Source: an uncultured Sphingorhabdus sp.
Lineage (GTDB): Bacteria > Pseudomonadota > Alphaproteobacteria > Sphingomonadales > Sphingomonadaceae
Length of the DNA: 64,000 bases
Reading direction: 5' to 3'
Assembly: GCA_964597055.1 (NCBI GenBank)
Contig: CAZQWC010000008.1
Span: forward strand, 121,603-185,602
The notes below the pieces were generated by a model, which was not told the origin of the DNA, did not search any database, and worked only from the letters and a program-made list of their open reading frames with translations. The translations under genes were made by a program, and so were the position numbers. Below, one piece after another: positions 47,129 through 56,230 of the stretch (positions are counted from its first letter, which is position 1; each line of letters opens with the position of its first letter).

Positions 47129-48370
47129 ATGCAGATACCCGGCCATATCGATCCCGTAGTCACTCCGCGCGCCATCACGCCGCGTTCCGATGGTCGTATC
47201 GACCTGATGGGGCTCTCGCATCTGCAGATCAAACAGATTTTCCTGGAAAGCCAGCTCGACGACAAAGCGGCCAAGCTGCGCTCGAAGCAGGTGTTCCACT
47301 GGATCTACCATCGCGGTGTCACCGATTTTGAGATGATGACCGACATCGCCAAGACGATGCGCCCCTGGCTGGCGCAACGTTTCGTGATTGGTCGTCCCGA
47401 AGTGATCGAGGCGCAGGTCAGCAGCGATGGTACCCGCAAATGGCTGCTGCGTACCGACGACGCGCAGGACTATGAAATGGTCTTCATCCCCGATGCGGAT
47501 CGCGGCACGCTGTGCATCTCTTCGCAGGTCGGTTGCACACTCAACTGCCGTTTTTGCCACACCGGTACGATGCGGCTGGTGCGCAACCTGACGCCGGGTG
47601 AGATTGTCGGTCAGGTCATGCTGGCGCGCGACGCGCTGGGAGAATGGCCAAAGGGCAATATGGCCGGATTCGGCGAAGAGGATGACGAGGACGACGATAC
47701 CGGCCACTACACCTCCGATGGCCGGATGCTCACCAACATCGTGCTGATGGGCATGGGGGAGCCGCTGTATAATTTCGACAATGTCCGTGATGCGCTGAAG
47801 GTCGTGATGCATGGCGACGGGCTTGCCTTGTCGAAGCGGCGCATCACATTGTCGACCAGCGGCGTTGTGCCGATGATGGAAAAGGCGGGCGAGGAAATCG
47901 GTGTGAACCTCGCCGTGTCACTCCATGCCATCAGCAAGGAAATCCGCGATGAGATCGTTCCATTGAACCGCAAATATGGCATTGAGGAACTGCTGCAGGC
48001 CTGCGCCGACTATCCGGGCGCGAATAATGCGCGGCGCATCACTTTCGAATATGTAATGCTGAAGGACAAGAATGACAGCGACGATGATGCCCGCGAACTG
48101 GTGCGCCTTATCAAGCAGTACAAACTTCCCGCCAAGGTCAATCTGATCCCGTTCAACCCCTGGCCGGGCGCACCCTATGAATGCTCAACTCCCGAGCGTA
48201 TCCGCGCCTTTAGCAACCTGATCTTTGAACATGGCATTAGCGCGCCTGTACGTACCCCACGCGGGCGCGACATCATGGCGGCGTGCGGCCAGCTGAAATC
48301 GGCGGCTGAGAAGAAGAGCCGGGCCGAACTGGACCGGCTAGCAGAGGAAAAACTGGCGGCTTTGGGGTAA
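47129..48370 (+). CDS. rlmN: 23S rRNA m2A2503 / tRNA m2A37 methyltransferase
   Basis: [15 protein letters not shown] radical-SAM motif, MGMGEPL and [12 protein letters not shown]. Confidence 0.97.
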   Translation: MQIPGHIDPVVTPRAITPRSDGRIDLMGLSHLQIKQIFLESQLDDKAAKLRSKQVFHWIYHRGVTDFEMMTDIAKTMRPWLAQRFVIGRPEVIEAQVSSDGTRKWLLRTDDAQDYEMVFIPDADRGTLCISSQVGCTLNCRFCHTGTMRLVRNLTPGEIVGQVMLARDALGEWPKGNMAGFGEEDDEDDDTGHYTSDGRMLTNIVLMGMGEPLYNFDNVRDALKVVMHGDGLALSKRRITLSTSGVVPMMEKAGEEIGVNLAVSLHAISKEIRDEIVPLNRKYGIEELLQACADYPGANNARRITFEYVMLKDKNDSDDDARELVRLIKQYKLPAKVNLIPFNPWPGAPYECSTPERIRAFSNLIFEHGISAPVRTPRGRDIMAACGQLKSAAEKKSRAELDRLAEEKLAALG

Positions 48371-48379
48371 CTGAAGGGT

Positions 48380-48976
48380 TCAAGCGAACGAAGCCAATAC
48401 AAGTAAGTGACTACGTAATGCGTTCCTCCATTCAGCGCCTTTATGCCTGAAAGCGTAGCCTAATTCCTCTATGTCACCAATAATTCTTGCTGCGACTTTT
48501 GCGAAGCTATGTAAACCGGAAACCTCAATCGACCACCCTTGTGGCTGGAAATGAACGAACTGATTGCGAATTTCGTCGTGGAGCCTCTTGATCCATTGAT
48601 ATTCTTGATCTGAAATCGGAATCCCGTGCGTATTGCTTCGATCACCTGCAGAATGGTCTTTTCGTGTGGCCTTCAAAAGGTCAGGAAGTGTCATCAGGCG
48701 CGTTTTTGGCCGAATGGCATTCGGATCATTACGCTGTTGCTCATAGTAAGCCAGCCACTCGTCCACATTGCACACGATGCCGATGGGTGGAGCAGTTGTG
48801 ACGAGATGGCACACGCAAGCGCCTTGAAGAGCCGAGTGAAGGGCAAGCATGATCCACTTCCAAGCCTGCTCGTCCTGATTCACGACAGCAAAACATCGGA
48901 TCGCATGTCTAACCGAACCAGCTACGTCCTCTGCCTCATCGGTGCTGATCCAGTGAGCATCGCTCATTCGTGACAT
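48380..48976 (-). CDS. Hypothetical protein with HEPN-like RxxxxH motif
   Basis: Visibly AT-richer ORF; IRNQFVHF in a predicted helical context; SD GGAGG before ATG 48976. Confidence 0.65.
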   Translation of the reverse strand: MSRMSDAHWISTDEAEDVAGSVRHAIRCFAVVNQDEQAWKWIMLALHSALQGACVCHLVTTAPPIGIVCNVDEWLAYYEQQRNDPNAIRPKTRLMTLPDLLKATRKDHSAGDRSNTHGIPISDQEYQWIKRLHDEIRNQFVHFQPQGWSIEVSGLHSFAKVAARIIGDIEELGYAFRHKGAEWRNALRSHLLVLASFA

Positions 48977-49015
48977 TGCGTTCCCTCCATCAAATCCTGC
49001 GCGAAATCTATCCAC

Positions 49016-49093
49016 GTCGCCCCGCACTTGATGCGGGGCTTGGCTTTTCACCGTCGCCAGAAAAGCCTAACCCCGTGTCAAGCACGGGGTGAC
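49016..49093. repeat. REP pair with central hairpin (BIME-like)
   Basis: GTCGCCCCGCACTTGATGCGGGGC ... GGCTTTTC/GAAAAGCC ... ACCCCGTGTCAAGCACGGGGTGAC; same family as 38528. Confidence 0.8.
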
Positions 49094-49595
49094 GAAGTCC
49101 GGCAATTAATCGTTCGCCACGTGGTTGGCATGCTTTGCCCGCTGAGCAGCTTGGCTGCCTTAGATAGCCGCAATGGTGTCGCCATCGAGTTCTTCCGTCA
49201 GCAACGCTTTTTGTTCCCAAGGCCCGTCAAACAGAGCCTCCATCTCAGAATTGAGCGCATTTATATCGTCGGGACCGATAAACCCGCTCTTGGACAGGCC
49301 CCATATGGATTTAGGCTGTTCAACCGGCATGCAGCCATTTCAAGCCAACGGCCGCACAATGTCAACGTTGAAACATACCACTTTTGTTCTTGCAATGTAG
49401 GATATGTTTTGCTCCAAACTAGCTATGAACCAGAATTGCTCCCCAAACCGCACTGCATCTCATTCCAAGCACGCGCCTGTTTTGCGGCTGCTTTCAGCGC
49501 GCAAAGGGCAAGGCCGGGAATATGTTTCAGGTGAGACTTTTGGCCCCGCGCACTGTCACGCCACGACTCAAAAACGACGCTTTTGCGCCAAATAG

Positions 49596-50369
49596 TCAAA
49601 CAAAAAGCGCGACCGACTGCATGCCCGTCATCATCGGCTCGCCCCTGCTGTTCCAGACCGTCATATATTGGCTGCTCGCGCCATGCACCGCATGGTGGGT
49701 TTCGCTTTCGAGGAACCACCAGCCGTTTTCGGTATCGGGCGCATCGGTGAGCAGGTTGATCTGCCAGTTGATCGAGCTGATCATGCCTTCCTTCTTCATC
49801 AACCCCATCGTCGAAGGCGGCAGGGCATCGCCCATGCAGATCAAATTGGCCACAGGATCAAGGCCTTCACGCTCTTTCAAGCGATGCCAGTTGGCAAGAC
49901 GTGGCTTATCCATGCCAAGGATCAGCCGCTTTTCGGGATAATCCATATTGTGGGTAAAAAATTCGGGCGGGCCGCTGCGGGTTTTGCCATCTTCGGGGAT
50001 AGGCGGGAATTCCGGGCGGGGCAGGCCTTCATAGTCGATATGGCTTTCGCGGCGCGCCATGAAAACGAAGACGCAGCTCAGGCCGACCTCTTCGCCCACC
50101 GTAATTTCGCTCTTGATAAAGGCGCTGTTGCGGCCACGGCGCAGAACCTTGCTGTGGATCTCCACCTCGCCCGACAGCGGCCCCGAAAAGGCGATCTGCG
50201 CGGTCAACAGCGGCGGCAGATCCGGTGCGGCCAGCTTTGCCGACTGATAGGCCAATGCCGAACTCAAACCGCCATAGGCCGTCCGCCCCTGATGCCAGGT
50301 CGAGGGGATGGTGATTTTCTGGTCGGTCGTGTCAGCGCGGAACTGCGCGAGGATGTCTGCAAGGTTCAT
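49596..50369 (-). CDS. TesB-like acyl-CoA thioesterase (double hotdog)
   Basis: WHQGRTAYGGL, VLRRGRNSAF, CMGDALPP and GASSQYMTVW motifs. Confidence 0.88.
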   Translation of the reverse strand: MNLADILAQFRADTTDQKITIPSTWHQGRTAYGGLSSALAYQSAKLAAPDLPPLLTAQIAFSGPLSGEVEIHSKVLRRGRNSAFIKSEITVGEEVGLSCVFVFMARRESHIDYEGLPRPEFPPIPEDGKTRSGPPEFFTHNMDYPEKRLILGMDKPRLANWHRLKEREGLDPVANLICMGDALPPSTMGLMKKEGMISSINWQINLLTDAPDTENGWWFLESETHHAVHGASSQYMTVWNSRGEPMMTGMQSVALFV

Positions 50370-50420
50370 AACATCCGCTTATCGCGGGCATTGCCGTGCG
50401 ACAAGGTTGGAAGACAATAT

Positions 50421-50458
50421 GGGGTTCTCGTGACCAAACCGCAAAAAGTGCCGTTAAG
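50421..50458 (+). mobile_element. Tn3-family terminal inverted repeat (left end)
   Basis: 38 bp GGGGTTCTCGTGACCAAACCGCAAAAAGTGCCGTTAAG: starts GGGG and ends CGTTAAG like the Tn3 IR. Flanking 5-mer AATAT is the predicted target duplication. Confidence 0.8.
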
Positions 50459-50524
50459 CATGTGTTTGATATAATTGAATAAACAATAACAGAATTATCG
50501 CAACCAATTGAATCTGAACAAAAT

Positions 50525-51097
50525 TCAGATATTTGATCTTTCTTCCTGAACCGATTCGAGTGCTCGGTAGAGCGTGGCATGGTGGCATTTGAGGAGTTTG
50601 GCGGCTTCTCTGACCGACGTTCCCTCGTTCACCAAGCGACTTCCCAGCATAATTTGGTCTGCTGTCAGCTTCGGTGGTCGACCAAAACGGACCCCGCGCG
50701 CCTTTGCCGCGATACGACCAGAGCTTGTGCGCTGGTGGATGAGCGCGCGCTCGAATTCTGCGATCCCGGCAAAAACGGTCAACACCATTCGACCGGCGGG
50801 GGAAGTTGTGTCAGCCCAAGGCTCAGCCAATGATTTAAGGCCGGTGCCGTGCTCATTCAAACGTTCCGCAATTTCGAGAAGGTCGCGGGTAGAGCGTGCG
50901 AGGCGATCGAGTCGGGTGACAATGACCACATCTTCGGAGCGAATGTTATCGAGCAACCGGGCCAATTCGGGCCGATCTCGGCGTGCTCCTGAAATCTTCT
51001 CTTCAAAAATCCGCGTGCAGTCGGCAGCATTGAGTGCTGCCCTCTGGAGCGTGAGGTCCTGATCGTCCGTCGAGACGCGTGCATAGCCAATCAACAT
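50525..51097 (-). CDS. tnpR: Serine recombinase / Tn3-family resolvase
   Basis: MLIGYARVSTDDQ, VTRLDRLARS, DTTSPAGRM, AEFERALI, GVRFGRPPKL and C-terminal HTH. Confidence 0.93.
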   Translation of the reverse strand: MLIGYARVSTDDQDLTLQRAALNAADCTRIFEEKISGARRDRPELARLLDNIRSEDVVIVTRLDRLARSTRDLLEIAERLNEHGTGLKSLAEPWADTTSPAGRMVLTVFAGIAEFERALIHQRTSSGRIAAKARGVRFGRPPKLTADQIMLGSRLVNEGTSVREAAKLLKCHHATLYRALESVQEERSNI

Positions 51098-51210
51098 GTC
51101 GCATATATGTATCGAAACTAGAGGCTTTAGCAACAGATATTTGCGACACGCATTGATGCCATTATTCATGGCTCACCGACAGTGTCGCAGAAATTAGGAG
51201 TTATGCGACA
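51097..51210. promoter_or_regulatory. Putative res site (resolvase subsites)
   Basis: TGTCGCA (51097)...TGCGACA (51142) and TGTCGCA-N14-TGCGACA (51183-51210), overlapping the tnpR start. Confidence 0.7.
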
Positions 51211-51307
51211 GGCATGCCCCTAATTGAGGCGTATCGTAACGGCAGCAAAGTTGGGGAGTCCGGACAGGCGGCTTTCGGCTAGCTCATAGCCTGAAATGGA
51301 CATTCGT

Positions 51308-51667
51308 TCATCGCTCCGCGCTGGGCTGAGGTTTTAAGCTCGCCGTCCTCCACGCGCACACGGCAAGCCCAGCAAACAATAGCCCTCCGACAATGACCTG
51401 TGGTCCGGGAAGGACCGACCATGCAGCTGCAAAGAATCCAACCATCATCGCGTTTATGATCACCAAGACTGATCGACTTGCGCGATCCTGTGCGTTCATC
51501 GCAACCAGGTTTGCCGCTGCTCCAATTACAATGGCGAAACCGGTGCCAACGAACCACAAGGTGTCGGCATTCCACCTGCTATAGATCAACGTGGCCAATG
51601 CAATGTGCACCAGCCCAAGCAGGCCAGCAGCGACTACTAAGGCGATCGTAATTCGGCGTAGCGTCAT
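51308..51667 (-). CDS. Hypothetical 4-TM membrane protein (119 aa)
   Basis: Four hydrophobic segments; ATG overlaps the stop of the reconstructed upstream gene (ATGA). Confidence 0.75.
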   Translation of the reverse strand: MTLRRITIALVVAAGLLGLVHIALATLIYSRWNADTLWFVGTGFAIVIGAAANLVAMNAQDRASRSVLVIINAMMVGFFAAAWSVLPGPQVIVGGLLFAGLAVCAWRTASLKPQPSAER

Positions 51668-51696
51668 TTTGTGAGCCTTTTCCGTTGCTCGACCCA
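51664..51696 (-). pseudogene. Detached C-terminal stub (W-VEQRKRLTK-stop) of the membrane-protein gene interrupted at 63646
   Basis: In frame with ...IAIGVPAW at 63646 when the CCCA junctions are joined; its TGA overlaps the next ATG. Confidence 0.8.
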
Positions 51697-51762
51697 GAAG
51701 AGGAATCCAATAATTTCAGTATTTTATTGATATAAAAATGGAATCCCCGTTTGATTTTGGCG

Positions 51763-51782
51763 TTGCCCCAACGCCTTGCCCC
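51763..51782. repeat. Putative integrase arm-type sites, left end
   Basis: TTGCCCCAA (51763) and TTGCCCC (51776), 13 bp apart. Confidence 0.6.
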
Positions 51783-51815
51783 GGGACTATTTCGATTGAC
51801 TGGTTCGAGTACTAA

Positions 51816-52010
51816 GCAGCTTTAAAACCGGTTTCGAATCGCTTCGAATTTGCCATTTTCAATGCCAATGACGAGATGGAATTGGTAGCAGCGATGAACG
51901 GCCAAACCAATGTACTTAGCACGCACAATGTCCGCGACTTTCAAAGGCTGTAGAACGGCTCGGGCTTCGGGTATTGCGACTGGGGGGAGAGAGGCTCGAC
52001 CGGTCGGGGA
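51816..52010 (+). pseudogene. Degenerate PIN-domain toxin gene
   Basis: NANDEMELVAAMNGQTNVLSTHNVRDF-stop(51951), then shifted frame AVERLGLRVLRLG; resembles the PIN C-terminal motif DPxDxxVLxxAxxGxAxxLVTxNxRDF. Confidence 0.65.
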
Positions 52011-52267
52011 CGAGCTCTGATAGGTTCGAAAAGCTGCTATGCTGATCGTATTCAGCAGTTGCAGTGTTTTTGAACCCGAACCGATTCAGCTTTGCGCCAT
52101 TCTTATTGCTGTCCCGCTATTCTTAAATAACGCCGCTCAGTTTTAAGGTTTGTGACACAGCCATTAAAATAAAATGTTATTGGCAGCACAAGTACATCAT
52201 ATCTGGCTCGACGAGTGGTGTAACATGCACTAGCTAAGCATCTCAATAGCAGGGGAAAGAGGGAAGC

Positions 52268-55264
52268 GTGCCAGGCACATTTTACGAGCAGCCGATCCTT
52301 AACTCGCCTTACAGCGAGCCGCGCTACCATCACCCCTTGGATGATCACGGGCAGCCGCTTGACCAACCCGCAGTTGAAGGGCGTCGGACATCCAAGTTTA
52401 TCGTTCCCGTCCCGAAATCGCGAAAAGTGGCAGCAGCCGCGCAGGCTTCGCTCGACCTCGAAACCTATACACCCAATAGCCTGATTAACGAGATCAGAGG
52501 CTATGTCGATGCTTGGCGCAAGACACCAAACCCGGCAGATTGGGGAGTCACGCCAACTACGGCCCGGCTTTTGGACTATTGGCGCAATCACAATTTTTCA
52601 TCTGTTCGCCCCTTCTTTTGTCAGGTCGAAGCAGTCGAAACGATTATCTGGCTAACCGAAGTCGCGCCGAAGCGAGCAGCTACGAAGGGTCTGCTAGATC
52701 AAATCCAGAGAGCCAATGACGAGGCAAATCCGGCGCTATTCCGACTAGCCATGAAGATGGCGACCGGCAGCGGCAAAACAACGGTCATGGCGATGCTGAT
52801 CGCATGGCAGACGGTTAACGCCGTACGGCGCGATTCGAAGCTATTTAGCCGCGCCTTCCTGATCGTTGCGCCGGGGATCACCATCAAAGACCGCCTGCGC
52901 GTCCTGATGCCAAGCGCGCCCGATAATTATTACGAAGAGCGCGAGCTAGTTCCGCCTGAAATGCTGAACGAAGTGAAGCGTGCTGAGATTGTGATCACCA
53001 ATTATCACGCCTTTCAGCACCGCGAGACCGGCCCGACCGGCAAAGTCGCGAAAGGCCTGCTTCAGGGTAACGACCCTGAGCCGATCCGCACCACCGAAAG
53101 TGACGGCGAAATGCTGCGCCGGGCTTGTGGCCATCTTCTCAATCACAAAAACGTCAATGTCATCAATGATGAGGCGCACCACTGCTATCGCCACAAGACC
53201 GGCGGCGAAGAGGAAAAGCTGACCGGCGACGACAAGAAGGAAGCCGAGGCTAACGAGGAAGCTGCCCGGCTGTGGATCAACGGCATCGAGGCATTGAAGC
53301 GCAAAGTCGGAGTGCGTGCCGTCCTTGATCTATCCGCCACACCTTTCTTCTTACGTGGCTCGGGCTATCCCGAAGGCTTCCTCTTCCCGTGGGTCGTTTC
53401 GGATTTCAGCCTGATGGATGCGATTGAATGCGGTATTGTCAAACTGCCGCGCGTTCCGGTCTCTGACAATCTCCCACAGACAGAGACACTTGTTTACCGC
53501 GATTTATGGAAACATGTCGGTAAACACCTGCCCAAAAGTGCCGCTGCTGCTGGCAAACTTGACCCCTCCAGCCTGCCCAACGAGTTGAAGACCGCACTTT
53601 ACGCACTCTACAGCCACTACAAAGAAACCTTTGAACTGTGGGATCGTGAGGGCATCGACGTGCCCCCAGTTTTCATCGTGGTTTGCCAGAATACCGCCAT
53701 TTCCAAGTTAGTGTTTGAATGGATCGCTGGCTTTGAACGCGACTTGGGCGAGGATGGCAGTGATCGCGCACGATTTGAGATCGGCAATCTTGAACTATTC
53801 AGCAATTACGATCCCACAGGCGGACGTTTCCCGCGCCCCCGAACGCTCCTGATCGACTCCCGCCAGATCGAAGCGGGCGACGCGCTCGACAAAAGTTTCC
53901 GCGACATGGCCGAAAGCGAAATCGAGCAATTCAAGCGCGAACTGAACCAGCGCGATGGCGCGGGTAGCGGCGACAAGGTGAGCGATGGAGAACTGCTCCG
54001 CGAAGTGATGAACACTGTTGGGCGCAAGGGTAAGCTGGGCGAGCAAATCCGTTGCGTCGTTTCGGTCTCAATGCTGACCGAGGGATGGGATACCAACACC
54101 GTAACGCACATCCTGGGCGTCCGCGCGTTCGGCACGCAATTGCTGTGTGAACAGGTCGTTGGGCGTGGCCTGCGTCGGCAGTCCTACGATCTCGATCCCG
54201 AAACCGGCCTGTTCCCGGTTGAATATGCCGACATTATGGGCATCCCGTTCGACTTCTCAGGCAAGCCGCAGACGGCAACGCCAATCAAGCCGCGCCCCGT
54301 CACGCGCGTTCACGCGATCAAAGAGCGTAGCGAGCTTGAGATCATCTTCCCGCGTATCAGCGGCTACCGTAAGGAATTGCCAGAAGAGCGGCTTGAGGCA
54401 GAGTTTGACGAAGAGTCCAAGCTGATCATCACCACAGCCGATATTGGGCCGACATCTGTCTTAATGGAGGGCATTGTTGGCCAAAGCACGCTGATCACAA
54501 CGCAGGTGCTGGAAAGCCTTCGCCCGTCGGAAATCAGCTTCAATCTCGGCAAATATTTACTCAACAATCATTTCCGCGACAATGATGGCCTCGCCAAGCG
54601 GCACTTGTTCCCGCAAATTCAGCGGATTGCCCGGCGCTGGATCGATGGCGGTTATCTGGTTTGCGCAGGCGTGCCGATTGGGGCGATCCTCTATGAAGAC
54701 CAACTCGCCCGCGCCGCGCAGAAGATCAACATTGCGCTGTCCCGAGCGAGCGACAGCCCGGTGAAGGCGGTGCTTGATCCTTACAATCCCAAGGGATCGA
54801 CGCGATTTGTCAACTTCATCACCTCGAAGGCGTGCTGGACGACCGGGGCGCGGCCTCCCAAAAGCCATATCAGCCATGTCGTGCTCGATAGCAGCTGGGA
54901 GGAGCAGCTGGCAGGCGTGCTGGAAAACCATCCGCGCGTCATCGCCTATGCCAAGAACCAGGCATTGGGATTTGAAGTGCCTTATCTGGATGGCGCGGTC
55001 TTGCGCCGCTACGTCCCCGATTTTCTGGTGCGGCTTGATGTCGGTCAGGCCGAGCCTTTGAACCTTGTGCTGGAGGTGAAGGGCTATCGCGGCGAGGATG
55101 CCAAGCTCAAGGCTCAAACGATGCGCGACCTGTGGGTGCCCGGCGTCAACCAGATGGGCGGCTTTGGCCGGTGGGCGTTTGCGGAATTTAGCGATTGGGC
55201 GGTGATGGAAGAGGATTTCGCGGCGCTGGTTGAGCGGTTGATTGGGAGTACGGGGCATGAGTGA
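52268..55264 (+). CDS. res: Type III restriction endonuclease Res subunit (BPTD_3080-like, res-before-mod subfamily)
   Basis: KMATGSGKT, NDEAHH, SVSMLTEGWD and C-terminal YVPDF...LEVKG PD-(D/E)xK nuclease. Confidence 0.93.
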   Translation: MPGTFYEQPILNSPYSEPRYHHPLDDHGQPLDQPAVEGRRTSKFIVPVPKSRKVAAAAQASLDLETYTPNSLINEIRGYVDAWRKTPNPADWGVTPTTARLLDYWRNHNFSSVRPFFCQVEAVETIIWLTEVAPKRAATKGLLDQIQRANDEANPALFRLAMKMATGSGKTTVMAMLIAWQTVNAVRRDSKLFSRAFLIVAPGITIKDRLRVLMPSAPDNYYEERELVPPEMLNEVKRAEIVITNYHAFQHRETGPTGKVAKGLLQGNDPEPIRTTESDGEMLRRACGHLLNHKNVNVINDEAHHCYRHKTGGEEEKLTGDDKKEAEANEEAARLWINGIEALKRKVGVRAVLDLSATPFFLRGSGYPEGFLFPWVVSDFSLMDAIECGIVKLPRVPVSDNLPQTETLVYRDLWKHVGKHLPKSAAAAGKLDPSSLPNELKTALYALYSHYKETFELWDREGIDVPPVFIVVCQNTAISKLVFEWIAGFERDLGEDGSDRARFEIGNLELFSNYDPTGGRFPRPRTLLIDSRQIEAGDALDKSFRDMAESEIEQFKRELNQRDGAGSGDKVSDGELLREVMNTVGRKGKLGEQIRCVVSVSMLTEGWDTNTVTHILGVRAFGTQLLCEQVVGRGLRRQSYDLDPETGLFPVEYADIMGIPFDFSGKPQTATPIKPRPVTRVHAIKERSELEIIFPRISGYRKELPEERLEAEFDEESKLIITTADIGPTSVLMEGIVGQSTLITTQVLESLRPSEISFNLGKYLLNNHFRDNDGLAKRHLFPQIQRIARRWIDGGYLVCAGVPIGAILYEDQLARAAQKINIALSRASDSPVKAVLDPYNPKGSTRFVNFITSKACWTTGARPPKSHISHVVLDSSWEEQLAGVLENHPRVIAYAKNQALGFEVPYLDGAVLRRYVPDFLVRLDVGQAEPLNLVLEVKGYRGEDAKLKAQTMRDLWVPGVNQMGGFGRWAFAEFSDWAVMEEDFAALVERLIGSTGHE

Positions 55265-55265
55265 T

Positions 55266-55321
55266 GTACGATTTTCGTACGAAATTAATTGCGAAGTAGG
55301 ACATTACGTCCTATGTAAGCT
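55266..55321 (+). promoter_or_regulatory. Palindrome-rich internal promoter/operator region between res and NYN
   Basis: GTACGA-TTT-TCGTAC, TTTCGTACGAAA (55273-55284), TAGGAC-ATTAC-GTCCTA (55297-55313). Confidence 0.45.
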
Positions 55322-55329
55322 TCACATCT

Positions 55330-55394
55330 GCCCCTTGAGAGTAGGTTGGCCCGTTAATCGAGGGCCGTACCGAAATCTTGGGGCTTATTTTTTT
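55330..55394 (+). ncRNA. Structured RNA leader of the NYN gene, ending in a U-tract
   Basis: GCCCC..GAGA / TCTT-GGGGC outer stem, GGCCC/GGGCC inner hairpin, then TTATTTTTTT; 14 nt before the ATG. Confidence 0.6.
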
Positions 55395-55408
55395 CAGGGC
55401 CAGCGCAT

Positions 55409-56230
55409 ATGAATGGCGGCCCCATCCTTACCCGACAAATTGCAATCATGATCGACGGCGGTTTCTTTCTGCGCCGTGCGGAATCAATGGGTTTAATTCG
55501 GCGCATCGGTGATGTTGATACAATCGCCGCTCTGTTGCGGCGCATGTGCCGCCGTCATGTCCAGATGCTGACGGGGCAAGACGGCAAAAACTGGCACCGT
55601 CACATTTACCGCATATTTTATTATGACGCGCATCCCTATTCCGGCGTCGCCCACCATCCGCTTCACAATCAGCAATTCTTCTATGAAAAAAGCGACATGG
55701 CCGTATTCCGGCGCGCGCTGTTCGAACGATTGCGGCAAGAGCGCAACGTGGCGCTCCGCCTAGGCGAGGTTATCCGGCACGATGAATGGGTGATCCCCAC
55801 GCACAAGCTAAAGCCGCTTTTGCCTTCACGGGATTGGTTCGCCGGGATCGATTTTGACGCAGTGGACGATCAGGGCCGGATCACGCTTTCCGCCGAAGCA
55901 CTGGAAACGGCAAAGCGGCTGCAGGGCAAATGGCAGAATTTGCAGAACGACGATGTGTCACTAGATCTGCGTCAAAAGGGTGTTGATATGCGGATCGGGC
56001 TGGATATCGCTGCTCTCGCACTCAAAAGGTTCGTAAACACGATCATCCTTGTAACTGGCGACAGCGATTTTGTGCCTGCCGCCAAACTGGCCCGACGCGA
56101 AGGAATACAATTCATCCTCGATCCGCTTTGGCAACCGCGCAAGGTGGATGAATTGCTTGAACATATCGATGGCCTGCAATCCGGCCTCCCCAAACCCAGA
56201 CCACCCAAACCGGCAGGAAACCCCGCATAA
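55409..56230 (+). CDS. NYN-domain (LabA/DUF88, PIN-fold) ribonuclease
   Basis: IMIDGGFF, QKGVDMRIGLD and LVTGDSDFVPAAKLARREG motifs; stop overlaps the mod start (TAATG). Confidence 0.9.
   Translation: MNGGPILTRQIAIMIDGGFFLRRAESMGLIRRIGDVDTIAALLRRMCRRHVQMLTGQDGKNWHRHIYRIFYYDAHPYSGVAHHPLHNQQFFYEKSDMAVFRRALFERLRQERNVALRLGEVIRHDEWVIPTHKLKPLLPSRDWFAGIDFDAVDDQGRITLSAEALETAKRLQGKWQNLQNDDVSLDLRQKGVDMRIGLDIAALALKRFVNTIILVTGDSDFVPAAKLARREGIQFILDPLWQPRKVDELLEHIDGLQSGLPKPRPPKPAGNPA

Noticed and set aside
51183-51220. ...GCCCC at 51217-51220 as the right Tn3 IR
   Set aside because: The reverse complement shows no similarity to the left IR beyond GGGG, and the flank TAATT does not equal AATAT.
52103-52591. 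162-aa minus-strand ORF overlapping the res start
   Set aside because: Mostly antisense to res, with no recognisable domain or SD.
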